From the NCBI GenBank assembly GCA_017503805.1, contig JAFVSJ010000007.1, forward strand, positions 9,878 through 73,877: a stretch of DNA of 64,000 nt, read 5' to 3'. This DNA is from Tidjanibacter sp. Its GTDB lineage: Bacteria; Bacteroidota; Bacteroidia; Bacteroidales; Rikenellaceae. Positions within the stretch are counted from its first letter, which is position 1. The number at the start of each line of letters is the position of its first letter. Below are positions 1 through 9,793 of the stretch, piece after piece. Made by a program: the position numbers and the translations under genes. The notes under the pieces are model-generated. The model did no database searches, was not told where the DNA came from, and was given only the letters and a program-made list of their open reading frames with translations.

Positions 1-2
1 CA

Positions 3-1499
3 ACCCGCAACCACAACTTCGATGGCGAAGGCGGCGAAAAAAGGCGCTCCTACAACCCCAACTTCACCAAAGACAATCAACTCACAGATCGCAACAAACG
101 TCAGGCCGAGTACAATCGCGAGCGTAATTTCAACCGCGAGAGTGGCGAGCGCACATTCAATCGCGACGAGCGAGGTGGCTACAATCGAGGCGAGCGCACC
201 TTCGGTAATCGCGAGGGTGGCTACAACCGTGAGCGCACCTTCAATCGTGAAGAGCGCGGTGGCTTCAACCGCGAACGTAACTTCGGCGGCGGATACAATA
301 AAGGCGGCTACGGCAATCGTGACCGCAATTTCAATCGTGAGGGCGGTGAGCGCACCTTCAATCGCGAAGAGAGAAGCTACAACCACGATGGTGGCGAGCA
401 GCACTCCTTCAATCGCGAGGAGCGCGGCTACAACCGTAGCGAGCGCAATTTCGGCAACCGTGAAGGAGGCTACAATCGTGAGCGTTCATTCAACCGTGAG
501 GGCGGTGAGCGCAACTTCAATCGCGAAGAGCGCGGTGGCTTCAATCGCGAACGCAACTTCGGCGGTGGGTTCAACCGCGAGCGCAGTTTCAACCGCGAAG
601 GCGGCAACCGCAACTTCAACCGTGAGGGCGGCGAGCGCACCTTCGGCAAGGGTGGTTTCGGCAAAGGCGCACCCCACAGCAAACCCCGCGCACAGCGCAC
701 CGAGGGTAAGAGTTACGTAAACACCGCCAACCACTATACTATCGAAAACTATCCCAGCTACGCGACTCCCGAGCAGGATGGCGCAATCCGTCTGAATCGC
801 TACATCTCTATGTCGGGCCTATGTTCGCGTCGAGAGGCCGATGAGTACATCACTGCCGGCTCCATCACCGTAAATGGCCAAGTGGTCACCGAACTCGGTA
901 CCAAGGTTATGCCCGGCGATGTGGTTTGCCACAACGGAGAGCAGCTCCAGAACGAGAAGAAAGTCTACATTGTGATGAACAAACCCAAAGGTTTCGTGAC
1001 CACTCTCGACGACCCCCACGCCGACAAGAGCGTGATGGACCTCGTGAAAAATGCTTGCACCGAGCGCATCTACCCCGTAGGTCGTCTCGACAAAAATAGT
1101 GTGGGAGTACTTCTGCTGACCAACGATGGCGATCTGGCCAAGAAACTCACCCACCCCACCTACGAGAAGAAGAAAATCTATCAGGTGAGCCTCGACAAGC
1201 ACCTCACCCGAGCAGATATGGAACAACTCATCCTCGGTATCACCCTCGAAGATGGCGACATCGCAGCCGACGATATCTGCTACGTGGAGGACCCCAAGAT
1301 GAAAAATGCTGTTGGCATCGAGATCCACTCGGGTCGCAACCGTATTGTAAGGCGTATGTTTGAGCACCTCGGCTACCACGTAGGCAAGCTCGACAGGGTC
1401 TACTTTGCAGGCCTCACCAAACAGAAACTCAAGCGTGGCGAGTGGCGTTTCCTCACCGAGAAAGAGGTGGGAATGCTCAAATCCGGCAGCTACGAATAG
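3..1499 (+). CDS. rluB: 23S rRNA pseudouridine synthase (RluB/RsuA family) with a long low-complexity N-terminal extension; 5' end lies outside the window
   Basis: The frame starting at base 3 reads open (TRNHNFDGEGGEKRRSYN...) into ORF 810..1499, which has an S4 domain (RLNRYISMSGLCSRREAD), the catalytic GRLD motif and GRNRIVRRM. Confidence 0.88.
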   Translation, partial: TRNHNFDGEGGEKRRSYNPNFTKDNQLTDRNKRQAEYNRERNFNRESGERTFNRDERGGYNRGERTFGNREGGYNRERTFNREERGGFNRERNFGGGYNKGGYGNRDRNFNREGGERTFNREERSYNHDGGEQHSFNREERGYNRSERNFGNREGGYNRERSFNREGGERNFNREERGGFNRERNFGGGFNRERSFNREGGNRNFNREGGERTFGKGGFGKGAPHSKPRAQRTEGKSYVNTANHYTIENYPSYATPEQDGAIRLNRYISMSGLCSRREADEYITAGSITVNGQVVTELGTKVMPGDVVCHNGEQLQNEKKVYIVMNKPKGFVTTLDDPHADKSVMDLVKNACTERIYPVGRLDKNSVGVLLLTNDGDLAKKLTHPTYEKKKIYQVSLDKHLTRADMEQLILGITLEDGDIAADDICYVEDPKMKNAVGIEIHSGRNRIVRRMFEHLGYHVGKLDRVYFAGLTKQKLKRGEWRFLTEKEVGMLKSGSYE

Positions 1500-1595
1500 G
1501 AGAGCCGACATCAACCCGCAGGGCGCAGTCCAAGGAGCCAAACAACTCAAAACTATCAACACTCCTAAAGCACAGCACCCAACGAGACAACCTCA

Positions 1596-1650
1596 CAAAG
1601 AGGGACTCTTCTTCGCAGACTGAAAGCCGAGAAGAGTCCCTCTTTGGGTT
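1596..1650 (+). terminator. Long hairpin after rluB, probable intrinsic terminator
   Basis: caaagagggactcttct (1596-1612) pairs perfectly with agaagagtccctctttg (1630-1646). Confidence 0.65.
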
Positions 1651-1714
1651 CCTTCCACCAAGACTACAACGACAACAACACCCAATTGAAAAATACAACG
1701 AGAACTACACAATT

Positions 1715-3952
1715 ATGACAAGTAACACGATTCGCAGGATGCTATTCCTTGCCACAGCACTACTTATGGTAGCATTAGCCCCGGCCCAAAACAGCAAAAC
1801 CAAGATAGTGGATCCGGCCGCACCGGGACGTAAAAGCGTGGGCCTTGTGCTGAGTGGAGGCGGAGCCAAAGGTGCCGCACAACTACGAATAATCAAAGCC
1901 ATAGAGGAGGCAGGAATCCCCATCGACTACATCGCCGGCACCTCTATAGGCTCTATCATTGGCGGCCTCTACGCCGTAGGCTATACAATCGAAGAGATTG
2001 AGGAACTCTACACCTCGATGAATTGGTTTGACGTGTTCACCGACCGCAACGCACGCGACAAGCAACTCTTCGCCGACAAGCAAAAGGACGACTCCTATAT
2101 GTTCGATGTAATGCTCTCCACCTCCGACATCTCTATGCCCAGCGGTATCGTCAGGGGCGACAAGTTTATGGACCAACTCAACGAACTCCTGCTTGGCTAC
2201 CAGCACATAGACTCCTTTGATAACCTCCCCATCCCGTTTGCCTGCGTGTCGTACGATATGAACACAGGTAGCGAATACGTGGCCCGAGGTGGTAGTCTTT
2301 CGGCCGCCATACGAGCAAGTATGTCCATTCCGGGGGTATTTAAGCCCGTTAAATACAGAGATATGGTCTTGGTTGACGGCGGTGTCTACAACAATTTCCC
2401 CGTAGATGTAGTACGCGATATGGGAGCAGAGATTGTTATAGGCGTGGATCTCTCCGACGGTATCCGCACCGACAGCGATGTGGAGAATCTGATTATCATC
2501 TTCGAGCAGCTCACCACATTCCTTGGCCGCGAGAAATATGAACACAATCTCAACGACTGCGACTACTACATCCACCCAGAAATCGCACCCTATTCGGCAG
2601 CAAGTTTCAATAGCGAGGCTGTCGATTCGCTCATTATGCGCGGTCAACGCGAAGCAGATCGTCACCGCGAGGGTCTCCAAGAGCTGCGCAAAAAAATCGG
2701 ACTCCCAGATGGTTACGTCCCTCCCAAACGCAACAAACACTACTCCGATGACACGCCTCTGCGAATAGGCAATATCTCTCTGAAGGGCTTCTCCAAAGGA
2801 GAGCGCAAACTCATCTCGAAGTATCTCGACCTGAAACCCTATACCACCGTAACACGCAAGGAGTTCAACCGCAACATAGAGGCCATACGAAACCTCGGTG
2901 GGTTTGACTTTGTGAAATATTCGCTCTCAAATCAGGCTCCCTATGACCTTATCATCGGTGTAGACGACAAGCAGAATGCCTCGGTACACGTAGGTTTCCG
3001 ATTCGACTCCCACGAGCTCGCATCTCTACTGCTCGGTACTGAGATGACCCTTGCCGGCAACGACTTCAAACCCCGCATCTCACTCACTGCACGACTGAGT
3101 GAAAACCCCTACGTTCAACTCAAGGCATCGAGCAGCAGGGTATTCCTCGGGGAGTTTGCATTCTCCTACCACTACCAATTCAACAACTTCACTTTCTACA
3201 AAAACGAGAAGCGTTCCCACACCTCAACATTCGACTACCACAATCTCGCCGTAAGGTTTTCGGACATCTACCTGCGCAACTTCAATCTCAACGCCGGTAT
3301 CGAAGCCGATTTCTTCAACTTCAGCGAGACATTCTACTCGGGAGGTAAGATTGAGGCCGAGCCCGAGGCCTACATCAACTACAACCTCTCGGGCCACTAC
3401 GACAATATAGACGACATCTATGTTCCCACACGTGGCTGGTCACTCGATGCCAACTATACTCTACACACCAACAATGGTATCAAGGTACACGACCACGCCC
3501 CCTTTGCCTCAATGCAATACAAAATTATGGGAGCACTCTCGCTGGGCGAGCGTGTAGCTCTTGTCCCATCACTCTATGGTCGTACGCTCATAGGTATGGA
3601 ACCCACCTACCCATATTTCAACTGCCTGGGCGGCATTATGCCCGGCCGTTATATGCCACAGCAGATGCCCTTTGTAGGTATTCAGCACATAGAACAGTTC
3701 GACAACTCGGTGATGGTAGGAGCCATTGAGGGACGAGTGAAGATAAACGGCAATCACTACCTCTCGGGCGTTGTCAACGTACTCACACAAGACGATGACT
3801 TTGGACAGATGCTCCTGATGAAAGATATGCTTGTAGGATTCGGCTTGAAGTACACCTACCACACTTCACTCGGCCCGCTGACCGTTCTCGCCAGCGGCAC
3901 CAACCTCAATCCTCTCGGCGGCATCTACGTCAGCTTCGGTAAGAATTTCTAA
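1715..3952 (+). CDS. Patatin-like phospholipase with POTRA and C-terminal beta-barrel (PlpD-like)
   Basis: Signal peptide from ATG 1715, patatin motifs GGGAKG, GTSIG and DGG, beta-strand-rich C-terminus ending in Phe (SFGKNF). Confidence 0.88.
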   Translation: MTSNTIRRMLFLATALLMVALAPAQNSKTKIVDPAAPGRKSVGLVLSGGGAKGAAQLRIIKAIEEAGIPIDYIAGTSIGSIIGGLYAVGYTIEEIEELYTSMNWFDVFTDRNARDKQLFADKQKDDSYMFDVMLSTSDISMPSGIVRGDKFMDQLNELLLGYQHIDSFDNLPIPFACVSYDMNTGSEYVARGGSLSAAIRASMSIPGVFKPVKYRDMVLVDGGVYNNFPVDVVRDMGAEIVIGVDLSDGIRTDSDVENLIIIFEQLTTFLGREKYEHNLNDCDYYIHPEIAPYSAASFNSEAVDSLIMRGQREADRHREGLQELRKKIGLPDGYVPPKRNKHYSDDTPLRIGNISLKGFSKGERKLISKYLDLKPYTTVTRKEFNRNIEAIRNLGGFDFVKYSLSNQAPYDLIIGVDDKQNASVHVGFRFDSHELASLLLGTEMTLAGNDFKPRISLTARLSENPYVQLKASSSRVFLGEFAFSYHYQFNNFTFYKNEKRSHTSTFDYHNLAVRFSDIYLRNFNLNAGIEADFFNFSETFYSGGKIEAEPEAYINYNLSGHYDNIDDIYVPTRGWSLDANYTLHTNNGIKVHDHAPFASMQYKIMGALSLGERVALVPSLYGRTLIGMEPTYPYFNCLGGIMPGRYMPQQMPFVGIQHIEQFDNSVMVGAIEGRVKINGNHYLSGVVNVLTQDDDFGQMLLMKDMLVGFGLKYTYHTSLGPLTVLASGTNLNPLGGIYVSFGKNF

Positions 3953-3980
3953 CCATCGCAGGTAGAGAGATTAAAAAGAT

Positions 3981-4009
3981 GGCGACCGTTCCACAATGGG
4001 ATGGTCGCC
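3981..4009. terminator. Hairpin between convergent genes
   Basis: ggcgaccgttcca-caa-tgggatggtcgcc, preceded by an A-run. Confidence 0.6.
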
Positions 4010-4042
4010 TAAATATTTGTAATCTATAGGTGATTAGGGATT

Positions 4043-4573
4043 CTATCGATGTAGTCCGCAGAAGAAGTGCCACAATACCACGCCACCCGTAACTGCCACA
4101 TTGAGCGAGTGTTTCGTTCCCACTTGCGGTATTTCGAGGGCTCCATCGGCAGCATCGACCACTCGTTGGTCTACACCATCCACCTCGTTACCAAATACAA
4201 GTGCATACTTCTGTTCCACACTCGGCACAAACTCACCGAGGCTCACAGAGCCCTGCACCTGCTCGACAGCCAAAATCCTATAGCCCTCACCACGCAGCAC
4301 CTCGACAGCCTCGAGCGTAGAGTCGAACCCACGCCAAGAGACCGTCATCTCGGCTCCGAGTGCAGTCTTATGAATCTCCTTTTGAGGAGGGCGTGCGGTG
4401 ATGCCACAGAGGGCAATCTCGCCTATGCCAAAGGCATCGGCCGTGCGGAAAAACGCGCCCACATTGCCTGCCGAACGCACATTGTCGAGCACCGCCACAA
4501 CGGGCAACTTCTCCATAGCGCGGAACTCCTCCACCGAGAGTCGTCCCATCTCTTGTTGGGTTAGCTTTTTCAT
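4043..4573 (-). CDS. TrmH/SpoU-family RNA methyltransferase
   Basis: SPOUT motifs VLDNVRSAGNVGAFFRTADAFG, FGNEVDG and SLNVAV. Confidence 0.9.
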   Translation of the reverse strand: MKKLTQQEMGRLSVEEFRAMEKLPVVAVLDNVRSAGNVGAFFRTADAFGIGEIALCGITARPPQKEIHKTALGAEMTVSWRGFDSTLEAVEVLRGEGYRILAVEQVQGSVSLGEFVPSVEQKYALVFGNEVDGVDQRVVDAADGALEIPQVGTKHSLNVAVTGGVVLWHFFCGLHR

Positions 4574-4577
4574 ACGG

Positions 4578-5954
4578 TTAGGCTGCTATTTTTTTCTTCT
4601 CGTCGAGTCTCTTCACAACCCTCTGATAGATAACCAGAGCTACGGCGGCAATGGCAGCAATAGCTGCAAAGTAGTACCAGATGTAGTGAGCATTGGCCGA
4701 GGCTGCAAGCCACTCCTCGTGGGTGGCAAATTTGGCAGGGTCGGGGCAATACTTATCGAGCAACCAACCCGACATAGCAAAACCGATGAGGGTGGAGACA
4801 AACGACTCCAACTGCGCAAATCCCAAGTACATACCCTCCTCACCTTTGGGTGCTTGGAGCGAGAAATACTCCAGGTAGCGTGGCGAAATAAGAGCCTCCG
4901 CCAACGCCTGCACGCAGATGCCGCAAAGCATCATAAATACCACAGGGTGGAGCCCCAAGATGGGGGCCGAGAAGAGGTGGCCCGACGACATAATAAGAGC
5001 CGAGATGGGAATGATACACATACCGCACATCATCGAGAAGAGTGCCGTACGTTTGGAGAGCAAGCGGGTGAGCGCATTGACGGTGAGAATCACAATCAGC
5101 GGGTTGAGCATAGTGTACCAACCGATGGTACTCGCCTCGCCCGCAAGCCTGATCACATACTTGGGCATAGTGGCGTAGAGTTGGTAGTAGACTGTCCAGA
5201 AACCGCTGGCAATCAGAATCAAAGCTACCAGACGGCCATTCTTACAGAGTTTGCCGAAGGAGCGGAAGATGCTTCCCATCGTCTTGCTCCTATCGGGCTG
5301 TGCATTGTCGCTGCGGTAGAAAATATAGATGGCCACGAGCGCCAGCAGAGTCATCACAACCGAGAACCAATTGAGATAGATGAGGCCGCTATCGCCGAGC
5401 GAACGTCTCAGAGGGTCGATGATGAACTTGCCCGAGAAAGAGCCGATGTTAATCATCGCATAGAAAATAGCGAAGCCCTGAGCTCGATTCTTCTCATCGG
5501 TCTCTTTGGCCACACTGCCACTAATGATACCCTTGATGAATGAGCCACCAATGACAAGTATAACCAACACGGGGACAATAAGATAGCGATAACCACTCTC
5601 CGAGAGTCCGGTGAAGAGTGTGCGTTCGCCATACTCCACCAATCCGGCCGCCTCCAATCCCGTAGGCAGCAATGCGAGTCCGGCATAACCTGCTGTGAGC
5701 AGCACAAAAGCCAGCAACATAGCCTTGCGGAAACCGATGCGGTCGGCATAGGCTCCCGTGAATGGCGGCAAGAAATAGAGCAACGAAGCGTAGAGTCCGC
5801 TAATGACACCTGCCTCTATATCGGAGAATCCGAGTATGTTGCTCAAGTAGAGGGTTATGACCACAAAGACACCGTAGTAGGCAGCCCTCTCGAACATCTC
5901 GGCCATATTGGCCACCCAAAAGGCCTTACTGAATTTGGTTTTCTCCTTTTTCAT
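4578..5954 (-). CDS. MFS transporter, POT/PTR peptide-transporter-like
   Basis: ExxERxxYYG motif (EMFERAAYYG), GFAIFYAMINIGS and about 12 hydrophobic helices. Start taken at MKKEKTK. Confidence 0.85.
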   Translation of the reverse strand: MKKEKTKFSKAFWVANMAEMFERAAYYGVFVVITLYLSNILGFSDIEAGVISGLYASLLYFLPPFTGAYADRIGFRKAMLLAFVLLTAGYAGLALLPTGLEAAGLVEYGERTLFTGLSESGYRYLIVPVLVILVIGGSFIKGIISGSVAKETDEKNRAQGFAIFYAMINIGSFSGKFIIDPLRRSLGDSGLIYLNWFSVVMTLLALVAIYIFYRSDNAQPDRSKTMGSIFRSFGKLCKNGRLVALILIASGFWTVYYQLYATMPKYVIRLAGEASTIGWYTMLNPLIVILTVNALTRLLSKRTALFSMMCGMCIIPISALIMSSGHLFSAPILGLHPVVFMMLCGICVQALAEALISPRYLEYFSLQAPKGEEGMYLGFAQLESFVSTLIGFAMSGWLLDKYCPDPAKFATHEEWLAASANAHYIWYYFAAIAAIAAVALVIYQRVVKRLDEKKKIAA

Positions 5955-5987
5955 CGTTTGTGTGTGTTGGTAGAAGTTAATGTATCC

Positions 5988-6022
5988 AAAAAGGTCCGGC
6001 ACACAGAGTGTAGATCCGGACC
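5988..6022 (-). terminator. Intrinsic terminator downstream of arcC
   Basis: ggtccgg...ccggacc stem followed by a U-run on the minus strand. Confidence 0.55.
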
Positions 6023-6043
6023 AAAATTTTCTCTAACGGCAAG

Positions 6044-6985
6044 TTACTCTTTTACGATGCGAGTACCACAGGTGGGATTACCCAACTCGGCTGCATCGGT
6101 GATGATACACTCGCCTCCGCAGTTCTCCACAAAGTGTACGGCTGCACGAATCTTGGGAGCCATCGAACCTTCGGCAAAGTGCCCCTCGGCAAGATACTGT
6201 TTAGCCTCGGCAACGGTGATACGGTCGAGTCGTCGCTCCTCGGGAGTATTGAAGTGGAGGCATACTTTGGCCACATCGGTGAGGATGTAGAACTCATCTG
6301 CACCCACAGCCACAGCAGTTGTTGCCAGAGCCAAATCTTTGTCGATAACAGCCTCGAGTCCTTCCCACTTGCCATTGCGGTTGACAACAGCCACACCGCC
6401 ACCGCCTACGGTAACAACCACATTACCTGCATCGGCCAGCATCTTCACAAGCTCCACATTGTGGACCGAAATGGGCTTGGGAGATGCCACAACCTTGCGC
6501 CAGCCACGTCCTTTGGGGTCGCAGTGGTAGGTCTCTCCCTTCTTCTCGGCAAGCTCACGAGCCTGCTCCTCGGTATAGTAGGGGCCGATGGGTTTTGTAG
6601 GGTTGGAGAATGCAGGGTCTTTGTCATCTACGACTACCTGCGAGAGAAGCGTAACAACACCACGCTCTATACCGCTTTCAGCCATCATATTGCGCATACC
6701 GCACTCAATCATATATCCGAGCGAGCCCTGTGTTTCGGCCACGCAAAAATCGAGGGGCATAGCCTCCACATCGAACATCTGCCTGCCGGCCTCGTGCTGA
6801 AGGAGTACATTGCCCACCTGTGGGCCATTGCCGTGGCCAATGATTATGCGTTCGCCAGCTGCCACCATACCTTTTAGAGTGGAGCAAATCTGTGCAACAT
6901 TCTCTTTCTGAGCTTTGTAGTCCACACCACCGCCTTTACGAAGTAGTGCGTTGCCACCAAAAGCAATTACGATAAGTTTTCCCAT
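6044..6985 (-). CDS. arcC: Carbamate kinase
   Basis: IAFGGNAL, HGNGPQVG, PTKPIGP, RKVVASP, EAVIDKD and GSMAPK motifs. Confidence 0.93.
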   Translation of the reverse strand: MGKLIVIAFGGNALLRKGGGVDYKAQKENVAQICSTLKGMVAAGERIIIGHGNGPQVGNVLLQHEAGRQMFDVEAMPLDFCVAETQGSLGYMIECGMRNMMAESGIERGVVTLLSQVVVDDKDPAFSNPTKPIGPYYTEEQARELAEKKGETYHCDPKGRGWRKVVASPKPISVHNVELVKMLADAGNVVVTVGGGGVAVVNRNGKWEGLEAVIDKDLALATTAVAVGADEFYILTDVAKVCLHFNTPEERRLDRITVAEAKQYLAEGHFAEGSMAPKIRAAVHFVENCGGECIITDAAELGNPTCGTRIVKE

Positions 6986-7083
6986 AACAAATTAAAAAAG
7001 TTCTTAATTAGGCTATTAGTTTTATATAATTTTATTATCTATATTCCTGATTATTAAATTTTCTTATTATTATATCATCGTAG

Positions 7084-7785
7084 TTATTTCTCCCCATACT
7101 CTTCAATAAGTTTCAGTACGAGCTGCGGAGTACCCTCGGCCGAGCGCATAGGGATGTACTCCTTGAGGTTGCGGATGCCGTGGCCGGAAGGCAGATGGGG
7201 ATCTACAAGGTAAACAGGCGTTTCGGGGCGAGCATACCTAACAAGCGAGGCCGCAGGGTAGACCGCAAGCGACGAGCCGACAACGATCATAATATCCGCC
7301 GTAGCTGCAATGCGTGCAGCCTCATCGAACTTGGGGACAGACTCTCCAAAGAAAACGATGTGAGGGCGCAACAACTCACCGTCGGGGCCACGTTGGTCGA
7401 GGCTCTGTTCGGGGGTGTCGATGGGAACAATCACTTCGGGGTTACGCTCACTGCGCAGTTTCATAACCTCACCGTGGAGATGAAGCACAAACGAGGAGCC
7501 CGCACGCTCGTGGAGGTTGTCGATATTCTGGGTGATGACCTTCACATCGAAATACTTTTCGAGCTCGGCAATGGCCGTATGGCCCGCATTGGGCTGCTTG
7601 CTCATCACCTCGCGGCGACGCATATTGTAGAACTCTATAACACCTGCCCTATTTCGCTGTAGCGCCTCGGGAGTACACACATCCTCGATGCGGTAGTTGG
7701 CCCACAGACCATCACTATCGCGAAAGGTGGCAATGCCGCTATCGGCACTCACACCCGCACCCGTAAATACCACTACTCTTTTCAT
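7084..7785 (-). CDS. cobB: Sir2-family NAD-dependent deacylase
   Basis: TGAGVSADSGIATFR, TQNIDNLHERAG, HLHG, RPHIVFFGE and VGSSLAVYPAA motifs. Confidence 0.92.
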   Translation of the reverse strand: MKRVVVFTGAGVSADSGIATFRDSDGLWANYRIEDVCTPEALQRNRAGVIEFYNMRRREVMSKQPNAGHTAIAELEKYFDVKVITQNIDNLHERAGSSFVLHLHGEVMKLRSERNPEVIVPIDTPEQSLDQRGPDGELLRPHIVFFGESVPKFDEAARIAATADIMIVVGSSLAVYPAASLVRYARPETPVYLVDPHLPSGHGIRNLKEYIPMRSAEGTPQLVLKLIEEYGEK

Positions 7786-7974
7786 CCTTACCAATATAAT
7801 ATACAGGAAAAAATGCAAAGATAGGACTTAAAGTTCTAAAGCGCAAGCCCCAGGGGGCAAATTATGCCATAAAGCGATGTAAGACTTGACAAACACCACA
7901 GAGGCCGAAAGTTTCCTGCGGGAAAAATCCTATTTAGACATATTATCACTATCTTTGTTGGATAGAGATGCAAC

Positions 7975-8035
7975 AAATAATAGGCAAAAAGTGATAAATA
8001 ATCCTACTCCGCTTGGAGTAATAGAGGTAAATTTG
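7975..8035 (+). promoter_or_regulatory. Promoter of the pectin locus with a candidate HTCS direct-repeat site
   Basis: Bacteroidota -7 element TAAATTTG at 8028-8035; AAATAAT at 7975 and 7996, 21 bp apart. Confidence 0.5.
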
Positions 8036-8070
8036 TAGCGGTGAATAATCTAAACTAAATCATAAGAGAA

Positions 8071-9741
8071 ATGAAAAACCTTCTTCGCACCCTTTTGGCC
8101 ACATTCGCAGCAACGACTCTCGTGGCCTGCAACAACTCAGAGAGGCTCGCAACCATCCCCGAAGAGATCCCCTTCGAGATACCGAGCGTGGCTCTGCCCG
8201 AAATCCCCTCACGCACAATCTCCATATCCGACTTCGGCGGCGTGGGTGATGGCGTAACACTCAACACCGAGGCTTTCGCCAACGCATTCTCCCATTTGGC
8301 CTCCCTCGGTGGCGGCCGACTCGAGGTGCCCGCAGGTGTGTGGCTCACAGGACCCATCGTACTCGAAAACCACACCGAACTCCATCTCGATGAAGATGCC
8401 ATAGTGGTCTTCAGTACCGACCGTGACCTCTATCCCGTCATAGCTACCATCTTTGAGGGACGCGACACCTACCGTTGCCAGCCCCTGCTCTCGGCATTCG
8501 GCAAACACGACGTGGCCGTAACAGGCAAGGGCATCATCGATGGTCAGGGCGCACCTTGGAGGGCTGTGAAGAAGAGCAAAATAGCTCCCTCCGACTGGAA
8601 GAAACTCGTGGCCTCGGGAGGTGTATTGAGCAACGATGGTCAGACTTGGTACCCCACAGAGAACTTCAAACTCGGCGCAGGTGATGCCGACCAGAACATT
8701 GCCCGTTGGGCAGTGACCAAGGAGGATTTCGAGAGTATCCGCGACTTCCTCAGACCCGTAATGGTCAACTTCAAGGATTGTGAGCGCGTGCTGCTCAATG
8801 GTCCCGTATTCCAGAACTCCCCCTGCTGGAACATCCACACCGTAATGTGTAAAGACCTCACGGTGAACGACATTGCCATCCGCTGCCCTTGGTTTGCACA
8901 GAACGGTGACGGCATCGACATCGAGTCGTGCAAAAACGTGGTACTCACAAACAGTTGGATTGATGCCGGCGACGATGCCATCTGCATCAAGAGTGGCAAA
9001 GACGAAGACGGCCGCAAGAGGGGTATCCCCTCGGAGAATGTGGTTGTCTACAACTGCACCTGCTATCACGGTCACGGCGGTTTCGTTGTGGGTAGCGAGA
9101 TGTCGGGCGGCGTGAAGAACGTCTATGTGAAAAACTGCCGTTTCTCGGGCACCGATGTAGGTCTCCGCTTCAAGAGCACTCGCGGCAGAGGTGGTGTTGT
9201 GGAGAACATCTACATCGAGGATATCGTGATGAACGACATCGCCACCGAAGCTCTCCTCTTTGACCTCTTCTACGGCGGCAAGTCGGCACTCGAAGCACTC
9301 GAGGATGGCGACGGCAATGCCACTACAGATATGGCCTTCAAACCCGTAGATGAGACCACGCCCCAATTCCGCAACATCTATGTCGACAACGTCGTGTGCC
9401 GCTCGGCACGCAGGGCGATGCTCTTCAATGGCCTACCCGAGATGAATGTGGAGAATGTGGTTGTAACCAACTCCGTCATCGAGGCCGAGGTGGGTGCCGA
9501 AATCAACGAATCTACCAATGTCAAACTCGAGAACCTCACCGTAGTTCCCCGCAAAGGTCCCGCTCTGAAGATTAACAACGCCAAGAATGTCTCGGTCGAG
9601 GGATTCCGTTGCCCCGAGAGCGACACCGCATTGAGAGTAACAGGCAGCCGCAACAGTTCCATCTCCATCGACTCGGATTGCATCGGCATAGCCAATAGCG
9701 ACATCACTCCCAAGGCTATAGGCCAGATAACCATACTCTAA
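8071..9741 (+). CDS. GH28 polygalacturonase-type glycoside hydrolase, lipoprotein
   Basis: Lipobox LVAC; GH28 motifs NGDGID, GDDAICIKSG, GHGGFVVGSE and RFKS. Confidence 0.92.
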   Translation: MKNLLRTLLATFAATTLVACNNSERLATIPEEIPFEIPSVALPEIPSRTISISDFGGVGDGVTLNTEAFANAFSHLASLGGGRLEVPAGVWLTGPIVLENHTELHLDEDAIVVFSTDRDLYPVIATIFEGRDTYRCQPLLSAFGKHDVAVTGKGIIDGQGAPWRAVKKSKIAPSDWKKLVASGGVLSNDGQTWYPTENFKLGAGDADQNIARWAVTKEDFESIRDFLRPVMVNFKDCERVLLNGPVFQNSPCWNIHTVMCKDLTVNDIAIRCPWFAQNGDGIDIESCKNVVLTNSWIDAGDDAICIKSGKDEDGRKRGIPSENVVVYNCTCYHGHGGFVVGSEMSGGVKNVYVKNCRFSGTDVGLRFKSTRGRGGVVENIYIEDIVMNDIATEALLFDLFYGGKSALEALEDGDGNATTDMAFKPVDETTPQFRNIYVDNVVCRSARRAMLFNGLPEMNVENVVVTNSVIEAEVGAEINESTNVKLENLTVVPRKGPALKINNAKNVSVEGFRCPESDTALRVTGSRNSSISIDSDCIGIANSDITPKAIGQITIL

Positions 9742-9793
9742 CCCCCACACATACAGCGAAGAAGAAGAACACGTTAGACATAACAAGCATATT

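Noticed and set aside
22-720. 232-aa Ala/Thr/Ser-rich ORF that looks like a mucin or antifreeze protein
   Set aside because: It is an alternative-frame shadow of the rluB repeat; the frame starting at base 3 is continuous with the synthase domain.
7084-7785. Sir2 protein as the Thoeris-like partner of the TIR gene
   Set aside because: It is a short housekeeping CobB-type deacylase about 34 kb away, with no SLOG or other defence domain.
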